DNA of 64,000 nucleotides from Anthoceros angustus. Taxonomy: Eukaryota; Plantae; Anthocerotophyta. How positions within the stretch are numbered: position 1 is the first letter of the stretch; the number at the start of each line of letters is the position of its first letter. Location of the stretch: the NCBI GenBank assembly GCA_010909165.1, contig VJWM01000108.1:992001-1056000 (forward strand), read 5' to 3'. Position numbers and translations under genes: made by a program. Shown here piece after piece: positions 24,297-36,333 of this stretch. The notes under the pieces are model-generated. The model was not told the origin of the DNA. It ran no database searches and worked only from the letters and a program-made list of their open reading frames with translations.

Positions 24297-24699
24297 TTTG
24301 CTATCCAACTCACCCAGCTCACATTTTTTGATTGAAGTGTAGCCTGCAGAGTATATGTATGCGATTTTAACATGCATAGATACTTAGAGGTTTCACTAAT
24401 CACGATCTAAGATAGCGGGGTGTGTTAACCTTGATTAAGGGTTTGATCTAGCCACTAACCGCCTGGAGTGCATGCCTGGACACACTCGATCCGGACGGAG
24501 CTACCAACCAAGTCCATCGAGCGAATTCAAGTCCCGACCAAGAGGAGAAGTGCGAACACTCGATTTTGGTACCACCGGACGCGGAGGAACCCAGCGACAC
24601 AATCAACAATCTTTGAAGGATCATGGTGGCAACACACAAGACACGTTAGTCTTTGCCGGGACAACTCAGTGGAAGCGACAGCGAGGAGGACTTGTCTCT

Positions 24700-27600
24700 A
24701 GGAGTCGTCAAGATGGGAGGAGACAAGGATCGAATGGAGTTGTTCACAGGACGAGCGGGCACCTTGCCACTGGAGGACTTCATCGAGAAGTACGGTGCGG
24801 TGTGTGCGGAGATGGAATTGAAGACCGGATACACGAAGCGATACGGCTTCATCCAAATGCCGAAGTACTTGGGGGATGAAGCATTGGCGTGCTATCGCGA
24901 GCACAAGGCGAGGTTGTTGAGCACATATCTGGAGGACCAGTGAGTAGCAGTTCAAGCTCCGAAGGAACCGGTCACGGAGGCGGTGGCACCGAGTGGGCAC
25001 GATCCCATCAAGAGATGTTTGACATCTTCCTACTGGAGTTTCGCAAGCACGGATGAGAAGATCTCCGAGCCGACACTTCAAGATGAAGTCAGCGAGACGC
25101 AAGATGGCTTATCAAGAATCGACCACTGGTACGTGACACCAAGATCATGAGTGACCGATCGGGCGCAGAGAAGTACTTGCAGGCATTGCCATATGCACGC
25201 GCATGAAGGTGCAACAAGCGGTGCACAAAGACGGCAACACTACACCCTCAAGGAAGTGTACGAGATGGGCGACAAGATAGGGCCGACACTTTCTCTCGTC
25301 TTTGCAAGTGATTACTCCAAGACAAGTAGGAGTGGTGGACGACATGACCGACGCGGAGGTCAGAGTGGAGGAGCTCGGCGAGACAAGCCAGCCCACAGCC
25401 CAAGTGACGAGCCCTGCGTGAGGTGCCGAGGACGGACCATTCCCTCATGAGTGCGAGCATGCATTCGGAGGAGTCAAGGGTGAGGAGCCATGCCCTAGGT
25501 GTGGGAGGTACGGCACAATGAAGCGGCATGTTGGGAGAAGCATCCGAATTGCGGCCTCACGGGTTATCGAGCAGCAACCCCGCCAATGCATCTGCGTCAA
25601 CCTCATCCACAAAATCGAAGAGCAAAGGCGCCGTGGAGGAGGCACTGCAAGTCCCGTGGACAAAAGAAACGGAAGCATCAAAGAAGACGATGGACAGCTA
25701 CGTGGCACGCCTTGCAAAGCTGGAGAAGTTGGTGCGGAAGGCGAAGATCAAGGAGAGCAGTTCATCATCGAGGACGAAGAAGATGAGCACAAGCTTGGAT
25801 ACATGGCGTGACCAGATCCAAGGGCAGGGAAGAAACCTCGCAGCTACGAGAGAAGATAGCTCGAGGAAGAAGAGGATGTCTTGACACCGGTCACGGAAGA
25901 CACGGAAGGAAGCTTGGGGATCCTCTTCCGAACCTATGCCAAGATGCCAAAGTCGTTTGAGCCATTGCCAGGAGCAACTGGGAGCAACATCAAAGTCCAG
26001 TGGGCGATGTGGAGAAACCCATGCAGATTGTCGACGGAGACGATGGCACAAAAGCTTCTGGAGATGCCATGTTTCAGCCTACAAGACATGGGGTTGAGCG
26101 TGAAGGAAGTCAGGGGTTTGACTCGGCGGATGTTGACAACCCTTGAAGACGAAGCAAGTGTCGACAATGTGCCACAACAGGTGGCAATGATGTCATTGCT
26201 GACCTCGGAGCCAAGCATCTCTGTGGAGAAGCGGAATGCTGCACGAGTGGGAGTGGCTTTGGTCAACAATCGGGAGAGGCACATTGAAATCAATGGATTC
26301 GCACCAAGGAGGTGTTAATTGACACCGAGCACCGGTGATCGTTGGAAGAAGAGTGAAGGAAGCGTTGGGTCTCCACCAAGAAAGGTTGAAGGAAACCAAG
26401 TGGAAGATCCGATCACTGGGACCACGGAGCATGTGTTGGGGTGACAAGGTACAAGCTGAAGGTTTCATTCAAACCAAGAACAGACTTCACCTTTGTCGAG
26501 GTACACCGCTTGGTCACCGATGCGCATACTTTGATGTCTTCTTTGGGAGCGGACGCTTTGTACAAACCTCGAGTCATGGTGGATTTGTGGACGGAGGCAG
26601 TCTACTATCGACCAGTGGAGAAGCGGAGCAAAACCGATGAACGGATTGCCCGCATCCCTCTGCTGCATGGCAAGGATCATGAGAACCTCATTGCCAGCGT
26701 CTACCCGGTGTTTGGCGCCGTAGTGAAGGACACGCCATACGTGCTTGAACCTCTTGGCGTGTGTCTAACAACCGCAACTGACCTGATGGAGGATTTCGAC
26801 GAGGAGGAGGAAGACAAGCTAGGGTTGCAACCACCCTCGGAGGAGGTTCTTCAAGTCACTCGGACGGAGCTGGTGATCGCAAAGAATGAGCCGTGCAAAA
26901 GGCTGTGGAGGATGGTGCAAGAGGACCAAGGTCCTATGAGCCGAGAACTGTAAGTTCTTGCCTAGGGTTGAGCCTGTTTGTGACCTAAACACCCAGGTCA
27001 TCACATGGCGACCTCGGGAAGACGGCATAGTGATGGTGGAACTCTTTGGAGGCATCGATCGGCTTGGGCGGTGCTAAAGTGTGGCATCAAAGTGCGAAGA
27101 TACGTGCATTGTGACCCGGATCCAAAAGCAAGGATTGTGTCACAGAAGCGCGTAAGAGACTTGATGGGGGAGTACCCTAACCTCGACGTGGGAGTCGGTG
27201 AAGGGTTACCGAGGCTGCCGATGGATGTTCGCATGATAGGGTTGTCCCATTTGAGTTGTCTTGGCAACCGGTGGACCTTGTCATCGCAGTTGGGAGTGTC
27301 AAGGACTATCCTCTGCGGGGAAAGGGTCAAGGTCAAGGATCCACGCATTGTTCTATGACCTGATGAGGATCTTGCGCTTGATCCAGAAAGGGCAAGAAAG
27401 GCCTTGCGGATACATGTTGGAGAATGTGCCAGCATGCATGAGCATGAAGAAGCAAGTCCAGGAGGATTTTGGCATGATCCGAGGAGTGACCGAGAAGGAA
27501 CGGTGTCGATTGCTTGGGCAAGCATTTGACATGGACATGATGACCTGGTTGTTCAGCGCTGGAGTCGCTTACCAACTTCGAAACCAGAAGAAGGCGGGGT

Positions 27601-28132
27601 TGAAGCAGCGGGTTCGGTGGGCAAAAGGCATTCCAGCACTCGCATCTCAACAAGAGAAGGCGAGTTTGGAGGGCAAGGAGAGTAAGCGCGTAGAGGAAGC
27701 GTGCAAGCCATCTGAGCCACAGCCACATGAGTGGTTAACAGGCATCGAGTTGAAGAGCAATCAACGGCGTCAGCTAAAGGAGTTGTTGGAGGCATCGCGA
27801 CATGTGTTTGCTTTCACGCTATGGAGATGGGGAAGTACACCAAAGGGAAGTTCCACATAGAACTAATCAAGAATGAACAAGTGTTCGCAGAGGCACAGCT
27901 CGAAGGCAAGAAGAAAATGGCGAGCAACCGGCTGGGGGGGAGAGTAGTCCACATGACAGGCGCATGAGGATGCTGAAGACAACCCTCCACTTATGGACAA
28001 GGTTCATAACCTCTGGACGACATTCAAGAAGATTAATCGGTTTTGTGCACAATGCGCTAACAAGAGGTGCGTACGTGTGTAGTCCTACTAATGATAATGT
28101 TTTGACTTAGAGTCTCACATTATCAGGGGGGG
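24700..28132 (+). mobile_element. Decayed Ty3/Gypsy-like element: gag, two zinc knuckles, protease, C5-MTase, pre-RT linker; RT/IN missing
   Basis: gag-like 24653-24943; CVRC..H....C and CPRCGRYG(H)NEAAC knuckles ~25410-25545; VLIDT at ~26312; LKELLEASRHVFAF..EMG....FHIEL linker ~27770-27870; purine tract 28125-28133. Confidence 0.7.
27003..27575 (+). pseudogene. C5 cytosine DNA methyltransferase domain in the retroelement polyprotein (frameshifted, internal deletion)
   Basis: Motif I IVMVELFGGI; II-like VRRYVHCD; IV DLVIA(G)WECQGLSSAG; V DPR..LFYD; VI YMLENV; X ERCRLLGQAFD; motifs VII-IX absent. Confidence 0.8.
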
Positions 28133-28224
28133 ATTGGTTGCACCTATATCTGCGTATGAGATTTGTTTGCTTGGTTGTTGGTCGGGAAGTGCTTATATGA
28201 ATTCAGTGCTTACCTCGTGCGACA

Positions 28225-28870
28225 TCGCCATACAATGGCTGGCCCACAATGGCTGGCCATACAATGGCTGGCCCACAATGGTGCCATACAATGGTCGGCC
28301 CGACAATGGCTGACAATGGTTGGCCATACAATGGCTGGCCCACAATGGGCCGACAATGGTCGGCCCGACAATGGTTGGCCATACAATGGTGGCCCACAAT
28401 GGCCATACAATGGTTGGCCCGACAATGGCTGGCCCGACAATGGCTGGCCCGACAATGGCGCCCGACAATGGCGGGCCGGACAATGGCGGCCCGACAATGG
28501 TCGGCTCGACAATGGTCGGCTCGACAATGGCTGGCCATACAATGGCCGGGCCGACAATGGCATACAATGGCTGGCCCTACAATGGCTGGCCCGAAAATGG
28601 CTGGCCCGACAATGGCTGGCCATCGATGGTTGATCATACAATGGCTGGCCAAAATCCAAGAATGGCGCCTAACGCCGGCAATGGCCGCCCGACGATGGTT
28701 GGCCCGATGATGGCGCCCGACAATGGCTGGCCCGACAATGGCCGGGCATAAAATGGTTGGCCAAAATCCGTGAATGGCGTACGCCCGACAATGGTCAGCA
28801 TAAAATGGCTGGCCAAAATCTAGGAATGGCGCCCAACGCCCGACAATGGCTGGCCATATAATGGCCCGCA
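28225..28870. repeat. 15-bp satellite array (acaatggctggcccg / acaatggctggccat)
   Basis: Dozens of degenerate 15-mers; source of the MAGPT/NGWP/QWLA spurious ORFs. Confidence 0.95.
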
Positions 28871-30809
28871 AAAGGCGGCATGTACAAACATGTACCATCG
28901 GGGGAGTGCGCACTTGCTTGTGGGTGTAGAGGTGGCACCTGCTCATAATAAGAACACTTAAGAAAATGCCAAAGAGCGTGACGTACTAGTATTAGAGCGC
29001 CCCCGCTCGCGACTTTTTCCCTTTCTAGGCCAGACTGTGTGTAAGGGCTGGGATTAATGGAGTGCGTGTTGCCGAGTGGCACGCCTCCGCACATTTGAAT
29101 GGACGTGTTCATCATCCCCCCACCAAATTTAAAATACCCCTCCCCCCTTCCTCCCGTCTCCCACCTAGCCCCCCTTGCTAGTCCACCAAATTTATAACTT
29201 TGCTTACATTTTACAATGTTGCTTATACTTCACAACGCAATCTACAACATGGGAGCCACATCATCGATCCCCTGTTATAAATGAACTCTAATCATATTTT
29301 TGAAATCAATACCAATAATAAAGACTTTTGAAGAAATAAAGATCAAATATCAAATTTTGAGAAAAAGATTTTACAATGTAATCTACAACAAGGGAGGCAC
29401 GTCATCAATCCACCGCTGCAAATGGTCTTCAATAATATTTTTGTGATTAATAACAATAATAAAGAGTTTAAAAATGAAGAACACATTTCGAGAAAAATAT
29501 TTTACAACGTAATCTACAACAAGGGAGCCACATCATCAATCGCTGATATATATTACCTCAAATCATATTTTTTGATTAATAATAAAAAAAAGTTTTAACA
29601 GAATAAAGAATACATTTTGAGAAAAATATTTTACAATGTAATCTATAACAAGGAAGCCACATCATCAATTGCTATTGTAAATGGCTTCCAATCATATTTT
29701 TTTGATTAATGATGATAAAATATTTTTTTTGAAGAAATAAAGATCAAAATTTGAGAAAAAAGGCTTTACAACGTAATCTACAACAAGGGCGCCCAACGCC
29801 CGACAATGGCTGGCCCGACGATGGCTGGCCCGACATGAGGAGGTTGCTGCTAGCAGTAAGTCATTAGCAAAAATTGCTTCATCTGCCTGCTCATCATTTT
29901 GCTGTTGTTCTTCTTCCCCCCCTGCAGGAGCAATCTCCTCAGGTGCGAAGTCGTGAAAAACAGTGACGTCAGGAAGAGCAGAGAGGTCGAAATCCTCCTG
30001 TGTAGTGGGAACAGCTCCCACTTGCGGCCAAGTCCGGCTTTCATCAAAGGTGACACTGCGTGCGTAGACCACCTTGTTCTGAGGTACGTCATAAAGCTTG
30101 TAAGCTTTTATACCTTCAGTGTATCCTATCATAAGGAATTTCTTGGCCTTAGCAGCTAACTTGGTTCTCTTGGCCTTAGGAATGAAAGCGTAAGCTATGC
30201 AACCGAAGGTTCAAGATGAAGGATAGGCGGTTTTCGCCAAAGAAAGCTTCATAAAGTGCATCCGTATCTCGGTGAGGACGTCACAAAGGAAGCCTGGACC
30301 ATATCTCAGCTGAAGTCTTGCATCCAGAGGTCTGTCTCAGCATGTCAGAGGTCAACCCACTCCGGATCAGGTACATGGCAGCTTCATCCCTAATATATTG
30401 TCCATGTATCCTGATTCTTCTTTTCAGTAATAGAAGGAGTGGAGTCGGCAGGTACAATGGCAGGAAACTTGTCCTCCCCTTTGGCCAGCTTCCATAGCTG
30501 CTTGTTTTGTAGTGCTCCTTGCATCCGCATAACCTAGATATCATAATCTGCTCCCCCAAATCTGTCCTTTTCCTTGAAGCCATCTCCACCAAGGTTAGTG
30601 TTTGGCTCAGCCATGATTAGGATTTTTGTAGGTCCTTCCTAGCTGTTAGGATTTTTATGGCTGTTAGACTAATGCTCTTGTCTAACCTAACCTATGTAGG
30701 TCAACAGGGCTAATGGTTCAAGGGTATCTAAGATGCTATTGATGTATCAAAGATGGGCTGCAAACTGCGGCCAGTTTTTACTAAGGGTTAGCAGGGTTAG
30801 CATGTCTGT
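28871..30809 (-). mobile_element. RT-less Copia derivative, copy A (internally deleted; continues at 41823-~42620)
   Basis: gag start MAEPNTNLGG at ~30614; IN C-terminal MIGYTEGIKAYKLYD; AT-rich repeats; homologous to 58311-62250. Confidence 0.8.
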
Positions 30810-31046
30810 TGTTGAAATAACCTCTTTAGCTTATATTTGTAATCTAGGCGTATGCATTAGGGTTTGACTATATAAACATTACTTCATGTAATATCACTTG
30901 TACATTATTATTTTCTCTTGGCTTTCCTTCGTGCCTTGTGTGTGCTACCGTGAGCGTCATGTCAAGCTTCCTTGGCATAAATCCAGCGTTCTGTATTTTG
31001 GTTATGGTATCAGAGCCGTCATGCTGGTGATTATGTTGTAACTAAG

Positions 31047-31595
31047 ATGCCGAGGAATAGATCGAACTCTGGACCTGGAGGCAGAGGAGGTTTTGTTAAA
31101 TCCGTTTCCAGACCTCTAGATAGATGTTCTGTTCCCTCGAGCATCCCGTGGATTGAGGCTGAGTTAAAGGCTGAGCGTGATCAGAGGGTTCTGGAAAATT
31201 ACATGCGGAGCAAAGGCCGCAGTAATTCTTATTTTTCAACGTCACGATTTTCTACTCCTAGGCCGTGTACAACTTGTGGACGCTTTTTCAGACCCGATAG
31301 CTCCTCAGCCAGGCCACCCTCTAAGCGGCTATTCTCAGCCCCACTTTCCTGCACGGAGGACGCCAGTGTATCTACAACAGCAAACGCTGATTCCCAGTCA
31401 GAATTACAAAATCTTGAATTCACTTTGAATGCTGCTATTCAGCGACAGGAATCTTTCTCAAAGCGAATGGACTCATCAGATATGAAAATTCACAAGTTTG
31501 CCGTTAAATTCTCATATGAACTTGATAGATTGACTAGGCAACTGCAGGTTTTGAACACAACACTTCGCTCCTCTTATGAGGAGCGTTCAGATTGA
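31047..31595 (+). CDS. Extra 182-aa ORF upstream of gag in Copia-1
   Basis: Intact ATG-started ORF just after the PBS; CxxC and C-terminal heptad-like segment; no family recognised. Confidence 0.45.
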   Translation: MPRNRSNSGPGGRGGFVKSVSRPLDRCSVPSSIPWIEAELKAERDQRVLENYMRSKGRSNSYFSTSRFSTPRPCTTCGRFFRPDSSSARPPSKRLFSAPLSCTEDASVSTTANADSQSELQNLEFTLNAAIQRQESFSKRMDSSDMKIHKFAVKFSYELDRLTRQLQVLNTTLRSSYEERSD

Positions 31596-31983
31596 TCTAA
31601 CCTTTGTTTCCTGGTTTTGTCTAGGGTTTTTTGTTGATCAGGATAGGTTCTAATGGATGTGCTATCTGTTTCTCTTGTATCCCCCCACCATGAAGCTTCC
31701 GCTGAAGCAGCACAGGCGGTTGGTAACCGTTCCTCCAAACCTTCCTTGCCCTAGGACAGAAAGTCAAAAGTCAGCAGGTTAATTTAGCTTTTTCTGCTGA
31801 AACCGTAACCCTAAAAAAAAAAAAAGTGTTTCCTTCTATAACCGTTTACCTGTTCAGACCTTTGCTCTCCAGCGTATGTCTACTAGAGACCATCTGCTGT
31901 TCTTTCCCCTGTCTCCCTACATTTCACGTAGACGTGGCCTAGGTACCAGTTCCTTACCTCCCAATCCTCTACAACCTGTCGTC

Positions 31984-32823
31984 ATGGCAGCTGCTACTAT
32001 GTCATTTACCACTGATGTTAAAGATAAGGACAGGTTCAATGGAACCAAATTTCAGATTTGGCGTGTTCGTATGCAAAGTACCTTAAAAGCACGGGGAGTG
32101 TGGTCAGTTGTAGATGGCTCCTACCCAGAACCTGTCCTCCCAGCTGCTGGTTCCATCCCCGCGACAGGAGCAACTACTGTCACTCAAGTTGATGTTGATA
32201 AGTGGAATGGTCTGAACAGTATTGCCGTTGCCATTCTTATTTATGGACTTGATGAGGTCCTGATTCCGGATGTGGAATCTCTTACAAAAGCACATCAGAT
32301 CTGGACTCAACTCACTGGTACATATGCCGTTAAAACAATGCTTTCAAAGTCTGCAGCAATCCATGAGTTCTATACTTTGAGGATGCGGGAGGGTGATAGT
32401 GTGCCTGCCCACACAAGCAAGTTTCGTCACCTTCGCTCCCGCCTTGCTGAGTTGAACTCGACGATGTCGGATAAGGATGCCGTAGCACAACTGCTGCTCA
32501 CCCTACCTGCATCATACCAAACATTCGTGTCACTCCAGAATGGACCTCTTGCTATAGCAGGTCAGAATTTAGCAGCTGGCAACCCGGCTGCCCTTACCTT
32601 GGAGAGTGTGATTGCTGCCCTTTATCACGAGGAACAGAGCCGACTTCGACATACCTCGAGTGGCTCTAGCAGAATCCAAACTGATCGTGTTTTATATACC
32701 TCACAGCGTGGAGGTTTTGGAAGAGGGCGAGGTAGAGGAGGAAGGTCCTCTTTCCAACGTCCACAACAAACCTCTAATGTTGTTGGATCATCTACTTCTA
32801 AGAAGCCTAGCAGTTGTAACTAG
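31984..32823 (+). CDS. Copia-1 gag
   Basis: RFNGTKFQIWRVRMQSTLKARGVW; IWTQL; LRMREGDSV; LLLTLPASY; stop inside zinc knuckle. Confidence 0.85.
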   Translation: MAAATMSFTTDVKDKDRFNGTKFQIWRVRMQSTLKARGVWSVVDGSYPEPVLPAAGSIPATGATTVTQVDVDKWNGLNSIAVAILIYGLDEVLIPDVESLTKAHQIWTQLTGTYAVKTMLSKSAAIHEFYTLRMREGDSVPAHTSKFRHLRSRLAELNSTMSDKDAVAQLLLTLPASYQTFVSLQNGPLAIAGQNLAAGNPAALTLESVIAALYHEEQSRLRHTSSGSSRIQTDRVLYTSQRGGFGRGRGRGGRSSFQRPQQTSNVVGSSTSKKPSSCN

Positions 32824-34296
32824 TGTCAAACACCGGGACACTGGGAGAGGGACTACTTCGACCCCCGTGGCTGCATCGACCACGCCATGACACTTGCCTG
32901 CAACTGTACAAGCCAACTGTGGCATGCTCGACTCGGCCATGTCAACAAAAATACATTAATAAAAATGACCACTGAGAACTGCTATGCTGAACCACTTCCT
33001 TCTTGTTTCAAGGATTTACCAATCATGAGGCATGCTTGCTTGCAAAACAACGGAGAAGCCGTTTTCCCATGCTGGTTTTCGCATCTTCTCTCGATTTAAT
33101 TCATGCCGATATCTCTGCAAGTTGCAGACCAAGTCCATTGGTGGATCGTCCTATTATCTGACCATTACGGATGATTTTAGTCGCTACATATGGACTTACC
33201 CAATGACAAAGAAGAGTGATACGTTCACCTATTTTCAAGAGTGGTTGCCTATGGCGCAGAGGCAGTCTGGCCATTTCCTCAAGTGCATCTGTTCTAATAA
33301 TGGGACTGAATTCTGCAACAACCAATTTGATCAGTATCTCCAAGAGCATGGCATCATTTGACAACTCACAGTTCCTTACACACCACAGCAGAATGGTGTG
33401 GCGGAGCGCAAGAATCAGACCCTTATGGGCATGACGAGAAGTATGCTAAACCGCGCCTTTACTGCAGAATCAATGAGGCTATTGTGACTTCAACGTACAT
33501 ATGCCGTTAAAACAATGCTTTCAAAGTCTGCAGCAATCCATGAGTTCTATACTTTGAGGATGCGGGAGGGTGATAGTGTGCCTGCCCACACAAGCAAGTT
33601 TCGTCACCTTCGCTCCCGCCTTGCTGAGTTGAACTCGACGATGTCGGATAAGGATGCCGTAGCACAACTGCTGCTCACCCTACCTGCATCATACCAAACA
33701 TTCGTGTCACTCCAGAATGGACCTCTTGCTATAGCAGGTCAGAATTTAGCAGCTGGCAACCCGGCTGCCCTTACCTTGGAGAGTGTGATTGCTGCCCTTT
33801 ATCACGAGGAACAGAGCCGACTTCGACATACCTCGGGTGGCTCTAGCAGAATCCAAACCGATCGTGTTTTATATACCTCACGTGGAGGTTTTGGAAGAGG
33901 CGAGGTAGAGGAGGAAGGTCCTCTTTCCAACGTCCACAACAAACCTCTAATGTTGTTGGATCATCTACTTCTAAGAAGCCTAGCAGCTTGTAACTAGTGT
34001 CAAACACCGGACACCGGGAGAGGGACTACTTGACCCCGTGGGCTGCATCGACCACGCCATGACACTTGCGCGCATGCAAGCCAAGCGTGGCATGCTCGAC
34101 TCGGCCATGTCAACAAAAATACATTAATAAAAATGACCACTGAGAACTGCTATGCTGAACCACTTCCTTCTTGTTTCAAGGATTTACCAATCTGTGAGGC
34201 ATGCTTGCTTGCAAAACAACGGGAGAAGCCGTTTTCCCATGCTGGTTTTCGCACATCTTCTGTTCTCGATTTAATTCATGCTGATATCTCGGCAAG

Positions 34297-36333
34297 TTGC
34301 AGACCAAGTCCATTGGTGGATCGTCCTATTATCTGACCATTACGGATGATTTTAGTCGCTACATATGGACTTACCCAATGACAAAGAAGAGTGATACGTT
34401 CACCTATTTTCAAGAGTGGTTGCCTATGGCGCAGAGGCAGTCTGGCCATTTCCTCAAGTGCATCCGTTCTGATAATGGGACTGAATTCTGCAACAACCAA
34501 TTTGATCAGTATCTCCAAGAGCATGGCATCATTCGACAACTCACAGTTCCTTACACACCACAGCAGAATGGTGTTGCGGAGCGCAAGAATCAGACCCTTA
34601 TGGGCATGACGAGAAGTATGCTAAACTGGGCAGCTTTACCTGCTGAATACTGGGCTGAGGCTTTTGTGACTTCAACGTACATTCTGAATCGGCTGATAAC
34701 TACCTCTCTTCAAGGCAAGACCCCTTTCGAAATGTTTTGGAATAGAAAACCAAGCATCCTACATCTTAGAGTCTTTTGTTCGCCAGCTTTTGCCTACATT
34801 CCACAAGTCAAGCGTCAAAAGCTAGATGATAGATCTAGAGCCTTGCTATTTATTGGCTATAGCGAGGAAGCAAAGGCATATAAGTTAATAGACCCTCTTA
34901 CCTTTGCCCCAGTCTTAGCAAGGAGTGTTGTCTTTAAGGAACTTGTGGACCCAGGATCCCCTGTGAGAACAGGAGTGCATGCAGACTCCGATTCTGATTC
35001 CTCTGATAATGAGGATATCTTCTCAGACCTGACTGGTTTTGATACACAGCCCATTCAATTTCCACAGGGTCCTCCTGTTATTCCTCAACCTGTGTTATTG
35101 CCTGGCCCAGCACATCAACCTGCAATCGCCCAACCTTTTTTGCCTCAAGGCCCTTATTCTGACCCCCTGGATGATTTCGAATTGGACCCCCTTGCTGCAG
35201 TCCAGGATCCCGATCAGCCTGATCTAGTCCTAGAGCCTGAACCTTTTTCTGCTCCAGACGAAGCTCCAGTCCTGTCAGATTCAGAGGTAGATCCCTATGT
35301 CGTCGTTGCCCCTAGACGGAATCCTCCTCGAGACCAATGGGCAGAACCCCCTTATACCTCTGTCGATTTCAGACCCTCTGCCCGTGCAGCTAATCCCGGT
35401 AGTTCACCCCTTATCCTTGACCCTGTATCCATGGACGAGGCATATGCAGGCCCTGATGCCTCTCATTGGCGAGCTGCCGTTGAGGAGGAGTATCAATCTA
35501 TTATAAAAAACAAGACTTGGGAGTTAACAAATTTGCCACCTGGAAGGAAGGCAGTTACTTGCAAATGGGTTTTTAAAACCAAGCTTAATGCTGAGGGCGA
35601 GATTGCTCGGTACAAAGCCAGACTCTGCGCTCGAGGTTTCACCCAAGTCCTTGGTTTAGACTACCAGGAGACTTTCTCCCCTGTGGTCAAGGCACAATCC
35701 ATCAAAATGCTGTTAGCCCTATCTGCTGAAAAGAACTTGGAGCTACACCAAATGGATGTATGTACTGCTTTTCTACATGGTGAAATCAAGGAAGAAATCT
35801 ACATGGAACAGCCCCAAGGCTATGTCGACAAGAAATTTCCTAACAAGGTACTCAGGCTACTTAAAGCCCTGTATGGGCTCAAACAGAGTGCGATGTTATG
35901 GAATGAAAAGCTAGATGCTGAACTCAAGGCTTTGGGTTTTGTGCAAAGCAAAGCGGACTCGTCTGTTTACTACTTGGTTGATGGCTCTATGTTTTGTATC
36001 CTTGTCGCTTATGTGGACGATTGCATCTTCGCCTCGCAGACACCACCATTCTCAACAGAGTCAAGGATCTTCTCAGCAATAAATTCGAAATGAAAGATGT
36101 GGGAGCTTTAAAATTCTGCCTAGGTGTTCAAGTCCTAAGGAATAGAGAGAAGGGACTCATCATTATACATCAGAAGAAGTACTTAATAGAAATCTTGAGG
36201 CGATTTTCCCTTGATCAAGCTAGACCAGTTTCCACTCCAGGTTCTGTGGGAGTCAAGCTGACTGTAGACCAGTGTGCTGCTACCCTTGAAGAGACTGCCG
36301 ATATGGAGAAGATTCCTTATAGGCATGCTGTAG
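34297..36333 (+). CDS. Copia-1 integrase and reverse transcriptase (frameshift ~36030; interrupted by nested element)
   Basis: IRSDNGTEF, TPQQNGVAERKN, CKWVFKTK, YKARLCARGF, QMDVCTAFL, LYGLKQ, YVDD. Confidence 0.92.

Noticed and set aside
22934-28224. Full-length TSD-bounded Gypsy element
   Set aside because: TGTC..GACA ends exist but the flanks differ and no LTR pair is visible
28163-28946. MAGPT/NGWP repeat proteins or a CRISPR-like array (also 42917-43591, 57920-58552)
   Set aside because: 15-bp satellite open in several frames with no unique spacers
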